The position numbers were made by a program, and so were the translations under genes. A model generated the notes under the pieces. It did not search any database. It saw only the letters and a program-made list of their open reading frames with translations, and had not been told where the DNA came from. Positions 1 to 10,800 of a stretch of DNA of 64,000 bases are shown here, piece by piece. Numbering within the stretch: the first letter of the stretch is position 1; every line of letters begins with the position of its first letter. Origin of the DNA: Phallusia mammillata (taxonomy: Eukaryota); NCBI GenBank assembly GCA_965637545.1, contig OZ281497.1, positions 25,110,001 to 25,174,000 of the forward strand. Direction: 5' to 3'.

Positions 1-274
1 ATTTTTTTAGAAGGTATGTAGTATAGCTATAAAAGCTTGTTGGTTGATAACCACTGGATTAGTGCTATAGATTTTATGGTGAGCTTTTTTGCTGATAGCT
101 TTGCAATATTTCTTGTTTCAATAAAGTAGCCTTCTGTTGAAGATACCTACTAAATAAAAAATGGTTTCAAATAAAGCATTGTTAAGATGCGCAAACTGTT
201 GTTACCACCGGACATGTATAATTTACATATAGGCCATCAACCTGTTTGTATTGTGCATTGTATGAATGTTACAG

Positions 275-522
275 CAGGGGTTTCCAAAGTTTGGCCACAC
301 TGTTGAATTTAATACCTTTCTGGGCGGGTTTTGTGGGAATTCTTAATGTGCAATACATTTGGTTGGGGGAAATATACAAATGTTTACATTTCGTGGGTTG
401 GGTGTCGAGAATAGGGTTGTGAAGTACCAGATGTCATTCTATGATTTTGGCATACATTTTAACGTTTGTTTCATAGTTTTTCAAATAGGCTTGGCCGACG
501 GAACGTCCTTTGGAGACCCCTG
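275..522. mobile_element. hAT-like MITE (degenerate)
   Basis: Terminal inverted repeats (TIRs) CAGGGGTTTCCAAAG / CTTTGGAGACCCCTG; no recognisable TSD. Confidence 0.55.
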
Positions 523-1244
523 GCACAATTGAGCAATCGTGTTTAACTGTCTTGTTGGGCTTTTATGTTGTTAAAGTTTAGTCTTAAAATTTGTCATAAC
601 CTTCTGCATTTATTATGAACTTTTGCTTTCTTAAATTTAAATTATAGTAATGATATTCACGCCTGATTAAGATAACCATGTTGTGGAACCAATCATCTAC
701 CTAATATGTTTTATGAAAAGCTATGTGCTGCCCTATTATAAATCTCGACGTAAACAATTGCCTATAGGTAACAGTAGCCTAAATTAGAATAGTTACACCA
801 TTTTTGAGCTTGTAGCAAGTCATGTACTTTATGTGGAATTTAAAGTTTTTTGCATTGTATGTTTCCAACTATGAGCAATGACAAATCGTCGTCATGGTTA
901 CCGCTGTCAGCTGATCTGTGCATTTCGCTGTGATGCCACATTTGCTTTGTGTTTTGCATATTATGATCCGCCCGTTTTCCGTTAGTGCAATTCCTGTGCT
1001 TCTATGCGTAAGGCGTAAAATGTTTAAGCGTGTTAAAAAAAAGTCCACACTAAATTATGTGTGTTGTCTTTGCCGGAAGGTTGACATATCGTTTCAACTA
1101 AGACAAACAAGGTTTTTCGGTTGCTAAAACAGTTGCAACTTTGTGTCATCTATTAGTCGCAAGGATATGAGTTCGAAGCCCGTCTTTTCCGTTTATTTTA
1201 GAATTAGTAAAACGACGTTGATAAGGAAGGTTTATATCTAATTC

Positions 1245-1911
1245 TAAACTAGCCAGACAGTTGGAATTTCCTGGATATGTGCGGAACATTGGCGTAAAAT
1301 CTGTGTCCTGAAATATTTTCCAAAAACACTCTCGTTCTGTCCGGAATTTTAACGTCTCTTAAAGCCAAACCCGCGGCAGTTCTCATTTTATGGGGGACTT
1401 GAAGGTTAATGTTTTAACCAGTGGTGGGATTCAAATTTTTTGTCAGCAGGTTCTATCACAAAAGTCATATTTTACAGTCAGTTCTGTTACAAACAGTCCA
1501 TAGAGAGTAACCAGTAAAACCACCGGTTCGCTCACTTCGCTGAACTCATAAAATTTCGTGAGACGGTTCTATAGAACCTATGCGAACCGGCTGAATCCCA
1601 CCACTGGTTATAACTGTTGTATTTGCCGTGCATTCATGCGAAAAAACGCGTATTGAAAACTATTGATGCTCTATTAAAGAACCGGATCGTGTAAAACTTT
1701 CAGTTTTTTTCAAACTTTCAGTGACTTATTACAAAACAAAACTGCGCTATTTGTCTCTGGGATAGTAATGATATTTTAACAAAAATGGCACTATTTTGGG
1801 TTGTTAAAGTGTAACAACATGCCATTTAATGCATTGTAACGCAACTTTGGTGTCGCCTAAGTTTATTAATAAACCGTCTTGAATTTTGCTTACGCCGATG
1901 TGGTAATCCTA
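1245..1911. mobile_element. Old hAT-type (TAGGG-ended) element, interrupted by a younger MITE; homologous to 17045-17539
   Basis: Collinear similarity with 17045-17539, e.g. aaagaaccggatcgtg/aaaggaccggatcctg, gggatagtaatg/gtgatagtaatg, and ends tggtaatccta/tggtagcccta. The left end is approximate. Confidence 0.55.
1419..1606. mobile_element. hAT MITE family A, copy 1
   Basis: TIRs CAGTGGTGGGATTCA / TGAATCCCACCACTG; 8-bp TSD gttttaac/gttataac. Confidence 0.85.
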
Positions 1912-4473
1912 TATTGTAAAGTCACTTTATGACAAAAATCCACAAATACATAAAAATAAATTTTAACTTGCACGTAGTCAAACATACAACATCTGTTATG
2001 GCTACAGCAATTTCAGACGTTGTTTCCTTTACCAAAATAAATAAATGCAAAACAAACCGTATCATGACTGCATGCAGTGAACGTATTATGGTCTGTTATG
2101 TGGACATTGTTCGCGTAACACCCCATTCGTTTATCTTATCTGCAGTGCATTATAGATGTGCTTGTTGTGAGTAAAATACTTTTACCATGTAGGTTTGGTT
2201 AACCACATCCTAGTCGGTCGGCGGTTTTGTGTGGCAATGGTTAACTACAATCATTAGCTTGTTGTCAATTTGGACGGTGCTGATAAATGATGGTGTTTAA
2301 TACGCCCTATAGCACGTATGCGGTTTAATGTATAGGATGGTGATGTTTTCTGTTTACTAGTACTTAACACGCTATGCAGGAAATAAACACATTTGACGAA
2401 CGTCTGTGTGCGTAATAAATTGTATGTATGTTTAATTATTATGGGTCCCCTGTTCCTCAAGAGAACAATCGTTTCGTACCCGTATGATAGTCAAGTTCGG
2501 GTTTGTTTCACTTGTTTGGTCAATAGAGAGAGTATTTTTCGTTTTGAGGTTTCCACACGTGATGAATAGTTATCTGAAGTCGAATTTTGCATATTTCGAC
2601 CCAGTGTTTACCTCACGAGCCCCCAAAACAAAACGATTTAACGTACCTATCAAACAGTAAATAAAAATTCGGCATGTTTGGGAGTTATAGGGGCGCTGAA
2701 AATTGAACAGTTAAATAAAAAAAACCACACGGCAAAATTTATCATTTATGCGACTAATACAGGGGAAATTTTCCAGCACGAAACATTGTCCACAAAGTAA
2801 ATATGATTTGCAGTTTGTCTTTAAAAGGGATAGGAGGTACTAAAAAATGCCATGAAACGCCAAAACGTAAAATTCAAGAGGCTATATGCATTGTTTTTTT
2901 GCTGCGCATGCAACGACGTATAATAGGTAACGTTTTGTTGAAATCGTGTGCGCCTCAAACAGGAAACGGCCGCAAAAATCGGTACAGAAAAGATGCAATA
3001 ATACGTGCAAGGGTTAAGGAACATGACAATTTGTCTGTTGATGCTAGTTAACCATATTTTGCGTATGACAGCTTGCCTTTTCAGCCATTTTTCTGCTTTT
3101 TATGTGCTGAGAACACAAGACTCGAAGAATAAGGAAAACAGTTTTTATTGTGTTGCAATTAAGTTATGTATAAGCTTGATCGAGTTTCTTCGCACCCAAC
3201 CAGCTGATATGGAATATGAAGATAAGTATAGGGTAGCCTATTGGGTTGAAAGTCAGTTTACACTTAGCAGTAACGGCAGCGTTTTCCATATTTCGCATGG
3301 ATACAGTTTTGTATCGGTTACTGAATGACTTTATTGTTGATGGGAAATGTTGGTGTGAAACACGAAATCAGGCAACAGCTCGGCCACCGTTTTTACATAC
3401 TTTACTTGGGCATATGACTTGTAAAAATCGGTGACATACCTTATAAGCTACAACATCGTAATACTAGATAACACATGCAGTCTACACTATTTTAAAATAT
3501 TCGTGTTTGTTTTATTAAGCACTGGCACTGTAACTGTTCTTTTGGTTTTAGGCTTAAATTTGTCACGGATAATGTCCTGTTGATTTTCTAAAAAATATTT
3601 GTAGGGTATAAACTGGTAAAGCTTCTTGGCAGAGTAACGAGCAGTGATATAAAGCATACCGCAGGCATGAAATGGAGTCATGCAGTTTCAGGTGGTGTCT
3701 GTAAACAACGCTTAACCGTTGTGACCACAGTGGCCGGCCTGTAAATGCTCCGTGACCGCTTGGATCAACTTAAAATTGTATGATTGCAGAGTCTACTTAA
3801 AAGTACAATTCTTTTAAAATGCTGACGGTTGGTGCTGTTTGGGTTGAAGTTTTGCAAAACAAATACCGTTTTAACTAAGGTTAAAACTTTGTTTATGCCC
3901 TGATAAAATGGCTGCTTGTTAAAATTTAAACTTATTCGGTTGCGACAGATTTTGGCCATAGTGGTAGTTCAATGGTCACATGTTATTTACAAACTAGTTT
4001 GGGGGGATTTTATATGCCAATGTTAGCACGTTAAATTTAAAAGCGTATTTTACCAGACATCAGAAACGATCATACTTGGTTTCTCTATTGAGCCCAGTTC
4101 ATTGCAAGAAGGTATGTGCATCAAACAGTGTAAGGTCCATTTTTATGGTTTATGAATTTTACGAAGGAATGCAGATGGTGTGATTATTGCGTCTTACCGC
4201 TTCTACATTAAACTCAACCTGTTTGCATTAATGCCCCAGGCTGCCTCATGAAATTTCATCACGATTGCAGGCAACTTTAAACCACAATTTTTACACATCA
4301 GTTTATGTGACCAACACACGTTCAACCTTTAAAGTTGGTATGTAAACTTTAGGCAAAAGTTCTTGCATGTGAATACGTATTCAATTCAGGAAATAACCCC
4401 GTACCGTTTATACATGCTATCGTTCACATAATGGAATTGTATGTTAGCGAAAGTTACTTATCCTTTAGCACTG

Positions 4474-4481
4474 TATATAAA
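4474..4481 (+). promoter_or_regulatory. Candidate TATA box upstream of IP6K
   Basis: TATATAAA about 200 nt 5' of the IP6K ATG. Confidence 0.3.
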
Positions 4482-4676
4482 GCATAGAGTGAAAAAGTTA
4501 TTGCAACTGGTTTGTGTGCTCAGATGTGTGCCCAATTTAGTAAATTATCTACCCGACTCGTAACAGCATTTTTGCCAGGAATGTGGTTTTGCGTTCTACA
4601 AGCGGATGGTTTGAAAGCTTAGAGAACACAGATTGGTATAATTTGACAAGCTTCTGAACAGCTTTGCTAATTGAAG

Positions 4677-7251
4677 ATGTCTGTTTTCGTCAATTTAAGA
4701 CCTTTTCAACATCAGGTAGGTGTGAAATGAAATGTATATTTCTGCGTGAAAGGAATAAACAAACTACTGTCAATGCGACAAAGTAAAACCAATAGACGAA
4801 ATAATCTCTGGTTAAAACAGAATCTGTCGAAATATATTTCGCCTAAGTAGCATCATGTTTACTATCAATGGGTCAACTATGAAGTATAATGCACTGTAGC
4901 AGTTGCGCAGGGCAAATTAAATTTCAGTTATTTTGTGCTTGGTAAAACTGAATTGTGACTTTAATTTGTACACAATAAATTAACGTATTTGATAAATAAG
5001 CCAACAAAGTACGGATTTCCCATTGTGTATATCCCGTGATAACTTATATTTAAAAGTTTGTGCTTCGCATAGGTTACTTGGTCATGATAATTAATTGTAA
5101 TGTATTATTTTGAATGTAAAACGTGCAAATAGTTAGTACCTTGTCACGTGACATTACGATTTTTAGGTGAGCGGTCACGCGGGTCTCATGACAACCGAAA
5201 ATTGTGACGTCATAATGAAGCCTTTGATACCTGCCGAGCTTGATTTTTACGCCAATATGCCGCGATTGCTTGAACCTTTCACCCCGGAGTTCAGAGGTCA
5301 GAATGTAATAGTGTATTTTCTCCGATCTTGTGTCAATTTGTGTTTGATTCGTTAGTTACTGCATACCCAAAACAAACTCTTGGTTAGCAGCACCGAACGA
5401 CAAAAGACAATATGTTACTTGTTAACGTTAAGTTAAAGGTAAACATTTTACGCTTGTTTGCAAATGAAAACATTTACAAACACACAAAAAATCGTATGTC
5501 CATTTTATGACCGCTATACAATTAAGATCAAATGGAACACGACTGTGCTGATCGTATATTTGCTCTTAAAATTCATTTCATGTAATGACTGCTCGAATAA
5601 AGTGGGTGAATTTATGGGTCTGTAAATACTAACTTAGACAGAGAGTAATAAAATACCAACTTAAATAGTAACTGCTAGGACGTAATGAGACTACGGCTCA
5701 AATCATTACCACATGAGCGGACAAGAACCCTATAAATATTCTTAAAAAAAATTGTGTTGGCTCAGTAACGTCACAATCTTTTTTTACTACTCCAGGCGTC
5801 GCAGATATTGAGTACACTGAAGTAAACGGCAAAGTCACGTGTGTAGCAAAGATACCATTACGTCACAATGGTCGATATAAGACAAGAAACAGTATTAGAG
5901 CGGATGAGCGTGACGTTCAAATCCCATACGAGTAAGTAAAAATTGGCTACAACAGTTGTATACCTTTTACGGTTTCATGCACTTCTTTTTTTGCAAATTA
6001 GTTTTGTTTTTAGTCGTTTTTTCTGTATTTTTATTAATTTTTTTTTCTGGACCAGTGGATTGGAAAGATCTAGTTTTGATGGGAACGTTGGTTTTCAACA
6101 AAACCGGTGGACGATGGATAAGGACCCGAGAGCCGACACTTCTGGATTGGGTCAAAATCCGTGGGCCAAACGGGTCCAACAACATACCATTAACAAAATC
6201 AATGGAACCGGTGAACAAATCATTCGTATCCTTTCAAGAAGATACCTTTTTATCCACAACTTTACACACAAATTTACTAACGAATGCAACGTTAGCTACA
6301 ATCATTTAAATGCATTAGGTTCAATACGTTTTGTTTTCATAAAATAGTGATATCGACATTACACTAAAATCGTATGAACCTGAGCGACTTTAGGAAAAAA
6401 ATGTTACTCTGTCGACATGAGGAAAACAATCTAGGAACAAAATGCGCAACATTACAAAAACTGTCGAAATGTTTTTATGTCTAAATGACTGAATCTGTTA
6501 ATTAATTTCCCTTAACTGTAAGCTCATAAAAGCTTGCATTATGCTTGAAAACTTCTCGTGCAAGTTTAAACATCCCTGCATACTCGATCTGAAGATAGGC
6601 ACGCGTCTCTATGGTGACGACTGCCCACGTGATAAGATATTACGTCACAACGAAAAGAACCTTTTGTCAACGACATCGTCACTAGGATTACGTTTGTCAG
6701 GTTTGCAGGTAGTTACAAAAAATGTACTTTTGGCAGAACAATAAGCCGAAAGAATATAATAGATGTATACAATGTAGGCTATAGTTACTGCTAAATGTAA
6801 CTTACCACGGTGTCATTGTATACAGGTCTTCCAGAACTTTCGTTACGTCTGTAGGGACAAATTCTTTGGGCGTGGCCTTTCCGAGGAAGGATTCTTTGAA
6901 GCACTTCGCCTGTTCTTTACCGATGAGTCAGGAATTAGAACAAATGTTATTAATGCAATCATTAGACAAATAGAATTACTAGCTGCTGCAGTATCAAGCC
7001 TTGATAACTATAGATTATTTGGAACCTCTCTCGTTATTTTGTATGAGGGCGCAAATCCGGAGCTTTGGGGCCAAGTAAAACGAGAGAATGGAGACCAACC
7101 GCTAATTAAAGTAGGATTGGTTGATTTTGCTCATTGTTCGTTTGGCAAAACCGGTCAAGATAAGACAAGACTTCATCGTGGTTGCGATAGCGGTTTTTTG
7201 TTTGGTCTAAACACGTTATGTTCCCTTTTGTCTCGCCTTAAAAATCAGTGA
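4677..7251 (+). CDS. IP6K: Inositol hexakisphosphate kinase (IP6K family), 6 coding exons, ~358 aa
   Basis: Exons 4677-4715, 5167-5296, 5796-5931, 6056-6225, 6533-6708, 6826-7251 all have GT-AG ends with consistent phases; total 1077 nt, open. The protein has IP6K hallmarks: PFQHQVSGH, KPL..ELDFY, NPW, LEN..CKFKHPCILDLKIG (PxxxDxKxG), DKFFGRGLS, LYEG, VDFAH, DSGFLFGL. Confidence 0.93.
6226..6532 (+). other. U12-type (minor spliceosome) GT-AG intron in IP6K
   Basis: The 5' site C|GTATCCTTTC matches the U12 consensus. A branch-like TTTCCCTTAAC lies at ~6506-6516, and the in-frame AG at 6531-6532 is ~16 nt downstream of it. Confidence 0.85.
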
Positions 7252-7706
7252 CGTTTATGACTAATTTCTGGATTTACAAGTCGTTTTTTTTTCGTTTTTT
7301 CCGTTTTATTGTTGTTGGTGTACTAGTTTTGACGTATTGTCCTATTTTGCAGTTTATGCAGTACACGTTTATTGCAAATCTGATGTTTATGCATCCTTTT
7401 ATTCATTACATTTTTTATTGTTGTCAAAAAAGCTATGAATATTTTTTAGCACTAGCACAGCAAGTGCTTTGCTATGGATTAAATTGACATCTTTGCAACC
7501 TGCATATTACCACAAAAAAGATTTGATTAAGATAAGCTGATATGGACAAAGTTTATGTGCAATATAAAATGCTAGCCAAAGAGGTTACTTAGCACTTGCA
7601 GTTTGTAGATATATTTAAAAAAAATATTTTATGATTTCTATGACAAGACCACGAGGAACAAAAAACCCTTGCGTTGTGGATTAGTCAGTATTTTTCTTCG
7701 AGAAAA

Positions 7707-7721
7707 CACGTGGGTCTTTTC
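7707..7721 (+). promoter_or_regulatory. E-box (CACGTG) and TCT/TOP-like pyrimidine motif upstream of NPM
   Basis: CACGTG at 7707-7712 and TCTTTTC at 7715-7721, ~110 nt before the ATG. A second TCT-like site is at 7786-7792. Confidence 0.3.
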
Positions 7722-7828
7722 GTGTAGCAAATTGCAACGTGCTAGTTTGACTGTTAACTGTTGGGTTGCAGTAGATCTTGTATTTTCTCTTTGTAATTTA
7801 AAGAAAAACTTGTTTGCACTTATTCAAA

Positions 7829-10800
7829 ATGGACGTGGGACCAGAAAGCAAAGAATTTCTGTGGTGTAAGTATTAGTATTGTAACTATAATATATGTGGC
7901 ATAATGGAATTGATATCTGTCCCTTCGCCGTAATACCACATTTGAGTATTTATAGTATTTTTTTTAAACATGTATTTTTGCAATTTACGATAAAACGTGT
8001 TCACAATTTTTGGCCTGGAAATATTTGCTAAAAATATGTAAGTCAATTTTTTTACTTATAGGTGCCAAGTTAGGAACTTCAGCAAAGACAAACCAGTGGG
8101 AAGGCAGAGATGACGGAGTTCTGGAGCAGCTTGTGCTAAAGAGGGTATGTTACAAACCAAACTAAATGTAAAAATAGTTGTCTCAATTGATTGAAATTAG
8201 CAGAATCGAGATTCACTGCTTGGTTTGCACAACTGAAAATCTCAACACCAAAAAAGTTTATAGGTTTTTTAATGGGGGTCATACAGGCTATGTGATTAAC
8301 ATGCATCTTATTGGTAAACTTGAAACCACAAGAAAAACTCAGGGGAACATAAAAATTAGTAACCCAAGAAAATTAGATGAAAAAGCACCGATGATGGCAT
8401 AAGCCAGGGGTGGCCAGACCTGCTTCATGCTCGAGCCGCATATCACAAAACTTAGTTTAAAAAGACCCGCAAGACAAAAAATCAAAAACGAATTTATTCA
8501 CTCACAATGAAGTCTACGCTATCAAATATTGATTGTTGTATGGTGATGCTGTGTGTCTCCACCTGGGCTGCAAGGTGTTTGAAATTAGGCTGATATGATG
8601 AGAAAGTTTTTGTGTTTAGCTTCGTAATGACGTTTCAAGTTACTAGTTTTGTAATGATTGGGCGAAACTGGACAAATAAGACACACAGGTTTAACTCCAT
8701 TATTAATGAATGCGAACTCCTCCTCCCATTCTGTTTTAAAAGTATTTTTCTGTTTATCATTCTTTTTTTGCAGTTATTTCTCAACAACGTTTTTTTTTGG
8801 CTACACTTTGCAGTTATTGAATGTGCAACATTAAAGAGCCACAATCAAAGGCTCAAAGAGCTGCATGCGGCTCGAGAGCCGCAGTTTGGCCAACCCTGGG
8901 ATAAGCGTTGGTAATAAATATTATTCAAGAGAAATCACATTTATAATCAAACAAGGCAAATAATTTACTGAGATGACACCTCTTGGCGGCTATATGTAAA
9001 TGCCACTTGACTGCGGTGGCCGGTATGGCCAGCCTGTACACACTTTCTAAATGCTGTGGCCAACCTGTATATACTGTGTGACTAGTGTGACCAAAAGCGT
9101 TGACAGTTAGAGGTATGGGTTGAGGTGAGGGAAATAACACTTTACCCGGGTCTCATTTACCTACACAGCTTGGCCACAGCAGTCACACAGTATAAACAGG
9201 TTGGCAACTGTGGTAATTACACCCCTCTTGGCCTCTGTGTGGTGTTTCTAATTGGCTGTCGAATCTGCTAATGGTAAATTCTACAATTTTAATGCTTTTT
9301 CACAGGCTTGTCTGGGTAAGGGTGCCAAGGATGGTGAAAGAAATTTGGTGGAAGTGACATCGTTTGACTATCAGCAGGAGAAGATTGAGGCGTGCATTTG
9401 TTGTTTGCGAGGAGGTGGACAAGAGGATGTCAGTCTGGGTGATTTAACGATATTTCCACCAGCCATTTTCAAACTCGTTGAAGGTATAAAGTTTGCTCAT
9501 TGACTTCTTTTTTGTTTGGTGAGCGTATCCTAATTTTCTCAGCACTTTTTTACTTTAGTGTGTGTTTTCATACCCTGTATTGTTTAGTTATTTTCCCCAT
9601 TAAAACAACTTACATTACAATTCAGGTAGTGGACCAATTCATCTTGTTGGAAATCATATGATGATGGGTAAGTTTGTACTATTATTGAACTGAAATTATT
9701 ATGTTAGATGTACAACTAGTAGAACACACTTGTGACAAGATATTGTCAAGGTAGTGAAGTGATTTGGTGTATAATATTTACCAGGATATATATAGCTGTA
9801 CATCATTAGACACTTCTTAAGTGAAAAAAAGTAAGATGCATAAAGTGTGAATTGAGGTAAAACAAACTTGTTGCATTGATATGTCATTGACCAAAGTATC
9901 TATGCCTGGGTATTCTATTTGATCTTTTTTGTCAGCAAAAAACAAAGCAATCATTTATTTTGCACCAACTCAAGCAAATTACCCATTGCAAATGTATACA
10001 TAATAAACACATAATAAATGTCGAGTAGGGAATGGGCCAAGTCAAGCCAGAACCTGAGTACTTACATTACTGTTTTTTATGCTCGGTGCTCGGTCGGGCA
10101 GTTGCACAAACTGACCCAAGCAAAAGCTATCAAACTAGGTGGAATTGGGAATGTTTGTGACGTCTCAATGCACTGAGCATGTTTATCCGAGCACCGAGCA
10201 ATAATGTGAGATGCTCGATGCTCAACCAAACAGAGCATTTAAAGTTTTGGCCCATCCCTGATGCCAAGATCTCTTGTTTCACAAGATGAGGGAGATGACC
10301 TTTCAGATGATGAGCAGGAAGACTTTTCAGAGGAAGATGTATCAGAAGGTGACCTCTCAGATATGGAGGACGAGAAGATGGTCGAATTGAAACCAAAAGG
10401 AACAAAGGGAGAACCACAAAAACCAGGAAAAGCTTCTGCCAAGGTAAAACATTGAAGTAATCTTGTTTGTCATGATTTTGATCAAACAGAATTTCACTTG
10501 GGGTAGAAATATGCTTTAATTTTAAAAGAACATTTTTGAACCAAATAAAAACCTTTTCTAAATCCAACAAAAATATGATTAGTAAAAACATATATACACA
10601 GAATATAATGTTTCGGAGTTAATATATATATATATATATACATAAATTGATGCTTAAATAAATAAAGTATATTACTTGCAGTTTTAAATTGTTGCAAATG
10701 TGAATAATGCACATGAAAGTTTATAATCATACTTTCTATCGTACTGCACCTTATACGCAAGTTCACATGAATAAGTCTGCTTCAACCAACAAAACTCACT

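Noticed and set aside
1-19. tttttttag-AAG-gtatgt, resembling a 3-nt microexon
   Set aside because: It lies at the window edge with no host gene visible and cannot be evaluated.
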